From the human T2T-CHM13v2.0 reference genome, Homo sapiens, in assembly GCF_009914755.1 (NCBI RefSeq), contig NC_060925.1: DNA of 64,000 bases. One strand, 5' to 3'. Below the pieces are notes generated by a model that was not told the origin of the DNA, searched no databases, and saw only the letters and a list, made by a program, of their open reading frames with translations. Positions 13,201 to 25,200 of the stretch are shown piece by piece. Numbering within the stretch: the stretch's first letter is position 1; each line of letters starts with the position of its first letter. A program made the position numbers and the translations under genes.

Positions 13201-16200
13201 AGTAAACACTCTGTTTATAAAGTCTGCAAGTGGATATTCAGACCCCTTTGAGGCCTTCGTTGGAAACGGGATTTCTTCATATTATGCTAGACAGAAGAAT
13301 TCTCAGTAACTTCCTTGTGTTGTGTGTATTCAACTGACAGAGTTGAACTTTCATTTAGAGAGAGCAGAATTGAAACACTGTTTTTGTGGAATTTGCAAGT
13401 GGAGATTTCAAGCGCTTTGGGGCCAAAGGCAGAAAAGGAAATATCTTCGTATAAAAACTAGACAGAATCATTCTCAGAAACTGCTGCGTGATGTGTGCGT
13501 TCAACTCTCAGAGTTTAACTTTTCTTTTCATTCAGCGGTTTGGAAACACTCTGTTTGTAAAGTCTGCACGTGGAAATTTTGACCACTTAGAGGCCTTCGT
13601 TGGAAACGGGTTTTTTTCATGTAAGGCTAGACATAAGAATTCCCAGTAACTTCCTTGTGTTGTGTGCATTCAACTCACAGAGTTGAACGTTCCCTTAGAC
13701 AGAGCAGATTTGAAACACTCTATTTGTGCAATTTGCAAGTGTAGATTTCAAGCGCTTTAAGGTCAACGGCAGAAAAGGAAATATCTTCGTTTCAAAACTA
13801 GACAGAATCATTCCCACAAACTGCGTTGTGATGTGTTCGTTCAACTCACAGAGTTTAACCTTTCTGTTCATAGAGCAGTTAGGAAACACTCTGTTTGTAA
13901 AGTCTGTAAGTGGATATTCTGACATCTTGTGGCCTTCGTTGGAAACGGGATTTCTTCATATTCTGCTAGACAGAAGAATTCTCAGTAACTTCCTTGTGTT
14001 GTGTGTATTCAACTCACAGAGTTGAATGATCCTTTACACAGAGCAGACTTGAAACACTCTTTTTGTGGAATTTGCAAGTGGAGATTTCAGCCGCTTTGAG
14101 GTCAATGGTAGAAAAGTAAATATCTTCGTATAAAGACTAGACAGAATGATTCTTAGAAACTCTTTTGTGATGTGTGCGTTCAACTCACAGAGTTTAACCT
14201 TTCTGTTCATAGAGCAGTTAGGAAACACTCTGTTTGTAAAGTCTGCAAGTGGATATTCAGACCTCCTTTAGGCCTTCGTTGGAAACGGGATTTCTTCATA
14301 TTCTGCTAGACAGAAGAATTCTCAGTAACTTCCTTGTGTTGTGTGTATTCAACTCACAGAGTTGAACAATCCTTTACACAGAGCAGACTTGAAACACTCT
14401 TTTTGTGGAATTTGCAAGTGGAGATTTCAGCCGCTTTGAGGTCAATGGTAGAAAAGGAAATATCTTCGTATAAAGACTAGACAGAATGATTCTCATAAAC
14501 TCCTTTGTGATGTGTGCGTTCAACTCACAGAGTTTAACTTTTCTTTTCATAGAGCAGTTAGGAAACACTCTGTTTGTAAAGTCTGCAAGTGGATATTCAG
14601 ACCTCTTTGAGGCCTTCGTTGGAAACGGGATTTCTTCATATTCTGCTAGACAGAAGAATTCTCAGTAACTTCCTTGTGTTGTGTGTATTCAACTCACAGA
14701 GTTGAACGATCCTTTACACAGAGCAGACTTGAAACATTCTTTTTGTGGAATTTGCAAGTGGAGATTTCAGCCGCTTTGAGGTCAATGGTAGAATAGGAAA
14801 TATCTTCCTATAGAAACTAGACAGAACGATTCTCAGAAACTCCTTTGTGATGTGTGCGTTCAACTCACAGAGTTTAACCTTTCTTTTCATAGAGCAGTTA
14901 GGAAACACTCTGTTTGTAAAGTCTGCAAGTGGATATTCAGACCTCTTTGAGGCCTTCGTTGGAAACGGGATTTCTTCATATTCTGCTAGACAGAAGAATT
15001 CTCAGTAACTTCCTTGTGTTGTGTGTATTCAACTCACAGAGTTGAACGATCCTTTACACAGAGCAGACTTGAAACACTCTTTTTGTGGAATTTGCAAGTG
15101 GAGATTTCAGCCGCTTTGAGGTCAATAGTAGAAAAGGAAATATCTTCGTAGAAAAACTAGACAGAATGATTCTCAGAAACTCCTTTGTGATGTGTGTGTT
15201 CAACTCACAGAGTTTAACCTTTCTTTTCATAGAGCAGTTAGTAAACACTCTGTTTATAAAGTCTGCAAGTGGATATTCTGACCCCTTTGAGGCCTTCGTT
15301 GGAAACGGGATTTCTTCATATTATGCTAGACAGAAGAATTCTCAGTAACTTCCTTGTGTTGTGTGTATTCAACTGACAGAGTTGAACTTTCATTTAGAGA
15401 GAGCAGATTTGAAACACTGTTTTTGTGGAATTTGCAAGTGGAGATTTCAAGCGCTTTGGGGCCAAAGGCAGAAAAGGAAATATCTTCGTATAAAAACTAG
15501 ACAGAATCATTCTCAGAAACTGCTGCGTGATGTGTGCGTTCAACTCTCAGAGTTTAACTTTTCTTTTCATTCAGCGGTTTGGAAACACTCTGTTTGTAAA
15601 GTCTGCACGTGGAAATTTTGACCACTTAGAGGCCTTCGTTGGAAACGGGTTTTTTTCATGTAAGGCTAGACATAAGAATTCCCAGTAACTTCCTTGTGTT
15701 GTGTGCATTCAACTCACAGAGTTGAACGTTCCCTTAGACAGAGCAGATTTGAAACACTCTATTTGTGCAATTTGCAAGTGTAGATTTCAAGCGCTTTAAG
15801 GTCAACGGCAGAAAAGGAAATATCTTCGTTTCAAAACTAGACAGAATCATTCCCACAAACTGCGTTGTGATGTGTTCGTTCAACTCACAGAGTTTAACCT
15901 TTCTGTTCATAGAGCAGTTAGGAAACACTCTGTTTGTAAAGTCTGTAAGTGGATATTCTGACATCTTGTGGCCTTCGTTGGAAACGGGATTTCTTCATAT
16001 TCTGCTAGACAGAAGAATTCTCAGTAACTTCCTTGTGTTGTGTGTATTCAACTCACAGAGTTGAACGATCCTTTACACAGAGCAGACTTGAAACACTCTT
16101 TTTGTGGAATTTGCAAGTGGAGATTTCAGCCGCTTTGAGGTCAATGGTAGAAAAGGAAACTATCTTCATATAAAGATTAGACAGAATGATTCTCAGAAAA

Positions 16201-19200
16201 TCTTTTGTGATGTGTGCGTTCAACTCACAGAGTTTAACTTTTCTTCTCATAGAGCAGTTAGGAAACACTCTGTTTGTAAAGTCTGCAAGTGGATATTCAG
16301 ACCTCTTTGAGGTCTTCGTCGGAAACGGGATTTCTTCATATTATGCTAGACAGAATAATTCTCAGTAACTTCCTTGTGTTGTGTGTATTCAACTCACAGA
16401 GTTGAAGGATCCTTTACAGAGAGCAGGCTTGAAACACTCTTTTTGTCGAATTTGCAAGTGGAGATTTCAGCCGCTTTGTGGTCAATGGTAGAATAGGAAA
16501 TATCTTCTTATAGAAACTAGACAGAATGATTCTCATAAACTCCTTTGTGATGTGTGCGTTCAACACACAGAGTTTAACCTTTCTTTTCATAGAGCAGTTA
16601 GGAAACACTCTGTTTGTAAAGTCTGCAAGTGGATATTCAGACCTCCTTGAGGCCTTCGTTGGAAACGGGATTTCTTCATATTCTGCTAGACAGAAGAATT
16701 CTCAGTAACTTCCTTGTGTTGTGTTTATTCAACTCACAGAGTTGAATGATCCTTTACACAGAGCAGACTTGAAACACTCTTTTTGTGGAATTTGCAAGTG
16801 GAGATTTCAGCCGCTTTGAGGTCAATGGTAGAAAAGTAAATATCTTCCTATAAAGACTAGACAGAATGATTCTCAGAAACTCCTTTGTGATGTGTGCGTT
16901 CAACTCACAGAGTTTAACCTTTCTGTTCATAGAGCCGTTAGGAAACACTCTGTTTGTAAAGTCTGCAAGTGGATATTCAGACCTCTTTGAGGCCTTCGTT
17001 GGAAACGGGATTTCTTCATATTATGCTAGACAGAAGAATTCTCAGTAACTTCCTTGTGTTGTGTGTATTCAACTCACAGAGTTGAACGATCCTTTACACA
17101 GAGCAGACTTGAAACATTCTTTTTGTGGAATTTGCAAGTGGAGATTTCAGCCGCTTTGAGGTCAATGGTAGAATAGGAAATATCTTCCTATAGAAACTAG
17201 ACAGAACGATTCTCAGAAACTCCTTTGTGATGTGTGCGTTCAACTCACAGAGTTTAACCTTTCTTTTCATAGAGCAGTTAGGAAACACTCTGTTTGTAAA
17301 GTCTGCAAGTGGATATTCAGACCTCCTTGAGGCCTTCGTTGGAAACGGGATTTCTTCATATTCTGCTAGACAGAAGAATTCTCAGTAACTTCCTTGTGTT
17401 GTGTGTATTCAACTCACAGAGTTGAACGATCCTTTACACAGAGCAGACTTGAAACACTCTTTTTGTGGAATTTGCAAGTGGAGATTTCAGCCGCTTTGAG
17501 GTCAATAGTAGAAAAGGAAATATCTTCGTAGAAAAACTAGACAGAATGATTCTCAGAAACTCCTTTGTGATGTGTGTGTTCAACTCACAGAGTTTAACCT
17601 TTCTTTTCATAGAGCAGTTAGTAAACACTCTGTTTATAAAGTCTGCAAGTGGATATTCAGACCCCTTTGAGGCCTTCGTTGGAAACGGGATTTCTTCATA
17701 TTATGCTAGACAGAAGAATTCTCAGTAACTTCCTTGTGTTGTGTGTATTCAACTGACAGAGTTGAACTTTCATTTAGAGAGAGCAGAATTGAAACACTGT
17801 TTTTGTGGAATTTGCAAGTGGAGATTTCAAGCGCTTTGGGGCCAAAGGCAGAAAAGGAAATATCTTCGTATAAAAACTAGACAGAATCATTCTCAGAAAC
17901 TGCTGCGTGATGTGTGCGTTCAACTCTCAGAGTTTAACTTTTCTTTTCATTCAGCGGTTTGGAAACACTCTGTTTGTAAAGTCTGCACGTGGAAATTTTG
18001 ACCACTTAGAGGCCTTCGTTGGAAACGGGTTTTTTTCATGTAAGGCTAGACAGAAGAATTCCCAGTAACTTCCTTGTGTTGTGTGCATTCAACTCACAGA
18101 GTTGAACGTTCCCTTAGACAGAGCAGATTTGAAACACTCTATTTGTGCAATTTGCAAGTGTAGATTTCAAGCGCTTTAAGGTCAACGGCAGAAAAGGAAA
18201 TATCTTCGTTTCAAAACTAGACAGAATCATTCCCACAAACTGCGTTGTGATGTGTTCGTTGAACTCACAGAGTTTAACCTTTCTGTTCATAGAGCAGTTA
18301 GGAAACACTCTGTTTGTAAAGTCTGTAAGTGGATATTCTGACATCTTGTGGCCTTCGTTGGAAACGGGATTTCTTCATATTCTGCTAGACAGAAGAATTC
18401 TCAGTAACTTCCTTGTGTTGTGTGTATTCAACTCACAGAGTTGAATGATCCTTTACACAGAGCAGACTTGAAACACTCTTTTTGTGGAATTTGCAAGTGG
18501 AGATTTCAGCCGCTTTGAGGTCAATGGTAGAAAAGTAAATATCTTCGTATAAAGACTAGACAGAATGATTCTTAGAAACTCCTTTGTGATGTGTGCGTTC
18601 AACTCACAGAGTTTAACCTTTCTGTTCATAGAGCAGTTAGGAAACACTCTGTTTGTAAAGTCTGCAAGTGGATATTCAGACCTCCTTTAGGCCTTCGTTG
18701 GAAACGGGATTTCTTCATATTCTGCTAGACAGAAGAATTCTCAGTAACTTCCTTGTGTTGTGTGTATTCAACTCACAGAGTTGAACAATCCTTTACACAG
18801 AGCAGACTTGAAACACTCTTTTTGTGGAATTTGCAAGTGGAGATTTCAGCCGCTTTGAGGTCAATGGTAGAAAAGGAAATATCTTCGTATAAAGACTAGA
18901 CAGAATGATTCTCATAAACTCCTTTGTGATGTGTGCGTTCAACTCACAGAGTTTAACTTTTCTTTTCATAGAGCAGTTAGGAAACACTCTGTTTGTAAAG
19001 TCTGCAAGTGGATATTCAGACCTCTTTGAGGCCTTCGTTGGAAACGGGATTTCTTCATATTCTGCTAGACAGAAGAATTCTCAGTAACTTCCTTGTGTTG
19101 TGTGTATTCAACTCACAGAGTTGAACGATCCTTTACACAGAGCAGACTTGAAACATTCTTTTTGTGGAATTTGCAAGTGGAGATTTCAGCCGCTTTGAGG

Positions 19201-22200
19201 TCAATGGTAGAATAGGAAATATCTTCCTATAGAAACTAGACAGAACGATTCTCAGAAACTCCTTTGTGATGTGTGCGTTCAACTCACAGAGTTTAACCTT
19301 TCTTTTCATAGAGCAGTTAGGAAACACTCTGTTTGTAAAGTCTGCAAGTGAATATTCAGACCTCTTTGAGGCCTTCGTTGGAAACGGGATTTCTTCATAT
19401 TCTGCTAGACAGAAGAATTCTCAGTAACTTCCTTGTGTTGTGTGTATTCAACTCACAGAGTTGAACGATCCTTTACACAGAGCAGACTTGAAACACTCTT
19501 TTTGTGGAATTTGCAAGTGGAGATTTCAGCCGCTTTGAGGTCAATAGTAGAAAAGGAAATATCTTCGTAGAAAAACTAGACAGAATGATTCTCAGAAACT
19601 CCTTTGTGATGTGTGTGTTCAACTCACAGAGTTTAACCTTTCTTTTCATAGAGCAGTTAGTAAACACTCTGTTTATAAAGTCTGCAAGTGGATATTCTGA
19701 CCCCTTTGAGGCCTTCGTTGGAAACGGGATTTCTTCATATTATGCTAGACAGAAGAATTCTCAGTAACTTCCTTGTGTTGTGTGTATTCAACTGACAGAG
19801 TTGAACTTTCATTTAGAGAGAGCAGATTTGAAACACTGTTTTTGTGGAATTTGCAAGTGGAGATTTCAAGCGCTTTGGGGCCAAAGGCAGAAAAGGAAAT
19901 ATCTTCGTATAAAAACTAGACAGAATCATTCTCAGAAACTGCTGCGTGATGTGTGCGTTCAACTCTCAGAGTTTAACTTTTCTTTTCATTCAGCGGTTTG
20001 GAAACACTCTGTTTGTAAAGTCTGCACGTGGAAATTTTGACCACTTAGAGGCCTTCGTTGGAAACGGGTTTTTTTCATGTAAGGCTAGACAGAAGAATTC
20101 CCAGTAACTTCCTTGTGTTGTGTGCATTCAACTCACAGAGTTGAACGTTCCCTTAGACAGAGCAGATTTGAAACACTCTATTTGTGCAATTTGCAAGTGT
20201 AGATTTCAAGCGCTTTAAGGTCAACGGCAGAAAAGGAAATATCTTCGTTTCAAAACTAGACAGAATCATTCCCACAAACTGCGTTGTGATGTGTTCGTTC
20301 AACTCACAGAGTTTAACCTTTCTGTTCATAGAGCAGTTAGGAAACACTCTGTTTGTAAAGTCTGTAAGTGGATATTCTGACATCTTGTGGCCTTCGTTGG
20401 AAACGGGATTTCTTCATATTCTGCTAGACAGAAGAATTCTCAGTAACTTCCTTGTGTTGTGTGTATTCAACTCACAGAGTTGAACGATCCTTTACACAGA
20501 GCAGACTTGAAACACTCTTTTTGTGGAATTTGCAAGTGGAGATTTCAGCCGCTTTGAGGTCAATGGTAGAAAAGGAAACTATCTTCATATAAAGATTAGA
20601 CAGAATGATTCTCAGAAAATCTTTTGTGATGTGTGCGTTCAACTCACAGAGTTTAACTTTTCTTCTCATAGAGCAGTTAGGAAACACTCTGTTTGTAAAG
20701 TCTGCAAGTGGATATTCAGACCTCTTTGAGGTCTTCGTTGGAAACGGGATTTCTTCATATTATGCTAGACAGAATAATTCTCAGTAACTTCCTTGTGTTG
20801 TGTGTATTCAACTCACAGAGTTGAAGGATCCTTTACAGAGAGCAGGCTTGAAACACTCTTTTTGTCGAATTTGCAAGTGGAGATTTCAGCCGCTTTGTGG
20901 TCAATGGTAGAATAGGAAATATCTTCTTATAGAAACTAGACAGAATGATTCTCATAAACTCCTTTGTGATGTGTGCGTTCAACTCACAGAGTTTAACCTT
21001 TCTTTTCATAGAGCAGTTAGGAAACACTCTGTTTGTAAAGTCTGCAAGTGGATATTCAGACCTCCTTGAGGCCTTCGTTGGAAACGGGATTTCTTCATAT
21101 TCTGCTAGACAGAAGAATTCTCAGTAACTTCCTTGTGTTGTGTTTATTCAACTCACAGAGTTGAATGATCCTTTACACAGAGCAGACTTGAAACACTCTT
21201 TTTGTGGAATTTGCAAGTGGAGATTTCAGCCGCTTTGAGGTCAATGGTAGAAAAGTAAATATCTTCCTATAAAGACTAGACAGAATGATTCTCAGAAACT
21301 CCTTTGTGATGTGTGCGTTCAACTCACAGAGTTTAACCTTTCTGTTCATAGAGCCGTTAGGAAACACTCTGTTTGTAAAGTCTGCAAGTGGATATTCAGA
21401 CCTCTTTGAGGCCTTCGTTGGAAACGGGATTTCTTCATATTATGCTAGACAGAAGAATTCTCAGTAACTTCCTTGTGTTGTGTGTATTCAACTCACAGAG
21501 TTGAACGATCCTTTACACAGAGCAGACTTGAAACATTCTTTTTGTGGAATTTGCAAGTGGAGATTTCAGCCGCTTTGAGGTCAATGGTAGAATAGGAAAT
21601 ATCTTCCTATAGAAACTAGACAGAACGATTCTCAGAAACTCCTTTGTGATGTGTGCGTTCAACTCACAGAGTTTAACCTTTCTTTTCATAGAGCAGTTAG
21701 GAAACACTCTGTTTGTAAAGTCTGCAAGTGGATATTCAGACCTCCTTGAGGCCTTCGTTGGAAACGGGATTTCTTCATATTCTGCTAGACAGAAGAATTC
21801 TCAGTAACTTCCTTGTGTTGTGTTTATTCAACTCACAGAGTTGAATGATCCTTTACACAGAGCAGACTTGAAACACTCTTTTTGTGGAATTTGCAAGTGG
21901 AGATTTCAGCCGCTTTGAGGTCAATGGTAGAAAAGTAAATATCTTCGTATAAAGACTAGACAGAATGATTCTCAGAAACTCCTTTGTGATGTGTGCGTTC
22001 AACTCACAGAGTTTAACCTTTCTGTTCATAGAGCTGTTAGGAAACACTCTGTTTGTAAAGTCTGCAAGTGGATATTCAGACCTCCTTTAGGCCTTCGTTG
22101 GAAACGGGATTTCTTCATATTCTGCTAGACAGAAGAATTCTCAGTAACTTCCTTGTGTTGTGTGTATTCAACTCACAGAGTTGAACGATCCTTTACACAG

Positions 22201-25200
22201 AGCAGACTTGAAACACTCTTTTTGTGGAATTTGCAAGTGGAGATTTCAGCCGCTTTGAGGTCAATAGTAGAAAAGGAAATATCTTCGTAGAAAAACTAGA
22301 CAGAATGATTCTCAGAAACTCCTTTGTGATGTGTGTGTTCAACTCACAGAGTTTAACCTTTCTTTTCATAGAGCAGTTAGTAAACACTCTGTTTATAAAG
22401 TCTGCAAGTGGATATTCAGACCCCTTTGAGGCCTTCGTTGGAAACGGGATTTCTTCATATTATGCTAGACAGAAGAATTCTCAGTAACTTCCTTGTGTTG
22501 TGTGTATTCAACTGACAGAGTTGAACTTTCATTTAGAGAGAGCAGATTTGAAACACTGTTTTTGTGGAATTTGCAAGTGGAGATTTCAAGCGCTTTGGGG
22601 CCAAAGGCAGAAAAGGAAATGTCTTCGTATAAAAACTAGACAGAATCATTCTCAGAAACTGCTGCGTGATGTGTGCGTTCAACTCTCAGAGTTTAACTTT
22701 TCTTTTCATTCAGCGGTTTGGAAACACTCTGTTTGTAAAGTCTGCACGTGGATATTTTGACCACTTAGAGGCCTTCGTTGGAAACGGGTTTTTTTCATGT
22801 AAGGCTAGACAGAAGAATTCCCAGTAACTTCCTTGTGTTGTGTGCATTCAACTCACAGAGTTGAACGTTCCCTTAGACAGAGCAGATTTGAAACACTCTA
22901 TTTGTGCAATTTGCAAGTGTAGATTTCAAGCGCTTTAAGGTCAACGGCAGAAAAGGAAATATCTTCGTTTCAAAACTAGACAGAATCATTCCCACAAACT
23001 GCGTTGTGATGTGTTCGTTCAACTCACAGAGTTTAACCTTTCTGTTCATAGAGCAGTTAGGAAACACTCTGTTTGTAAAGTCTATAAGTGGATATTCTGA
23101 CATCTTGTGGCCTTCGTTGGAAACGGGATTTCTTCATATTCTGCTAGACAGAAGAATTCTCAGTAACTTCCTTGTGTTGTGTGTATTCAACTCACAGAGT
23201 TGAAGGATCCTTTACACAGAGCAGACTTGCAACACTCTTTTTGTGGAATTTGCAAGTGGAGATTTCAGCCGCTTTGAGGTCAATGGTAGAAAAGTAAATA
23301 TCTTCGTATAAAGACTAGACAGAATGATTCTTAGAAACTCCTTTGTGATGTGTGCGTTCAACTCACAGAGTTTAAGCTTTCTGTTCATAGAGCAGTTAGG
23401 AAACACTCTGTTTGTAAAGTCTGCAAGTGGATATTCAGACCTCCTTTAGGCCTTCGTTGGAAACGGGATTTCTTCATATTCTGCTAGACAGAAGAATTCT
23501 CAGTAACTTCCTTGTGTTGTGTGTATTCAACTCACAGAGTTGAACAATCCTTTACACAGAGCAGACTTGAAACACTCTTTTTGTGGAATTTGCAAGTGGA
23601 GATTTCAGCCGCTTTGAGGTCAATGGTAGAAAAGGAAATATCTTCGTATAAAGACTAGACAGAATGATTGTCATAAACTCCTTTGTGATGTGTGCGTTCA
23701 ACTCACAGAGTTTAACTTTTCTTTTCATAGAGCAGTTAGGAAACACTCTGTTTGTAAAGTCTGCAAGTGGATATTCAGACCTCTTTGAGGCCTTCGTTGG
23801 AAACGGGATTTCTTCATATTCTGCTAGACAGAAGAATTCTCAGTAACTTCCTTGTGTTGTGTGTATTCAACTCACAGAGTTGAACGATCCTTTACACAGA
23901 GCAGACTTGAAACATTCTTTTTGTGGAATTTGCAAGTGGAGATTTCAGCCGCTTTGAGGTCAATGGTAGAATAGGAAATATCTTCCTATAGAAACTAGAC
24001 AGAACGATTCTCAGAAACTCCTTTGTGATGTGTGCGTTCAACTCACAGAGTTTAACCTTTCTTTTCATAGAGCAGTTAGGAAACACTCTGTTTGTAAAGT
24101 CTGCAAGTGGATATTCAGACCTCTTTGAGGCCTTCGTTGGAAACGGGATTTCTTCATATTCTGCTAGACAGAAGAATTCTCAGTAACTTCCTTGTGTTGT
24201 GTGTATTCAACTCACAGAGTTGAACGATCCTTTACACAGAGCAGACTTGAAACACTCTTTTTGTGGAATTTGCAAGTGGAGATTTCAGCCGCTTTGAGGT
24301 CAATAGTAGAAAAGGAAATATCTTCGTAGAAAAACTAGACAGAATGATTCTCAGAAACTCCTTTGTGATGTGTGTGTTCAACTCACAGAGTTTAACCTTT
24401 CTTTTCATAGAGCAGTTAGTAAACACTCTGTTTATAAAGTCTGCAAGTGGATATTCAGACCCCTTTGAGGCCTTCGTTGGAAACGGGATTTCTTCATATT
24501 ATGCTAGACAGAAGAATTCTCAGTAACTTCCTTGTGTTGTGTGTATTCAACTGACAGAGTTGAACTTTCATTTAGAGAGAGCAGATTTGAAACACTGTTT
24601 TTGTGGAATTTGCAAGTGGAGATTTCAAGCGCTTTGGGGCCAAAGGCAGAAAAGGAAATATCTTCGTATAAAAACTAGACAGAATCATTCTCAGAAACTG
24701 CTGCGTGATGTGTGCGTTCAACTCTCAGAGTTTAACTTTTCTTTTCATTCAGCGGTTTGGAAACACTCTGTTTGTAAAGTCTGCACGTGGAAATTTTGAC
24801 CACTTAGAGGCCTTCGTTGGAAACGGGTTTTTTTCATGTAAGGCTAGACAGAAGAATTCCCAGTAACTTCCTTGTGTTGTGTGCATTCAACTCACAGAGT
24901 TGAACGTTCCCTTAGACAGAGCAGATTTGAAACACTCTATTTGTGCAATTTGCAAGTGTAGATTTCAAGCGCTTTAAGGTCAACGGCAGAAAAGGAAATA
25001 TCTTCGTTTCAAAACTAGACAGAATCATTCCCACAAACTGCGTTGTGATGTGTTCGTTCAACTCACAGAGTTTAACCTTTCTGTTCATAGAGCAGTTAGG
25101 AAACACTCTGTTTGTAAAGTCTGTAAGTGGATATTCTGACATCTTGTGGCCTTCGTTGGAAACGGGATTTCTTCATATTCTGCTAGACAGAAGAATTCTC

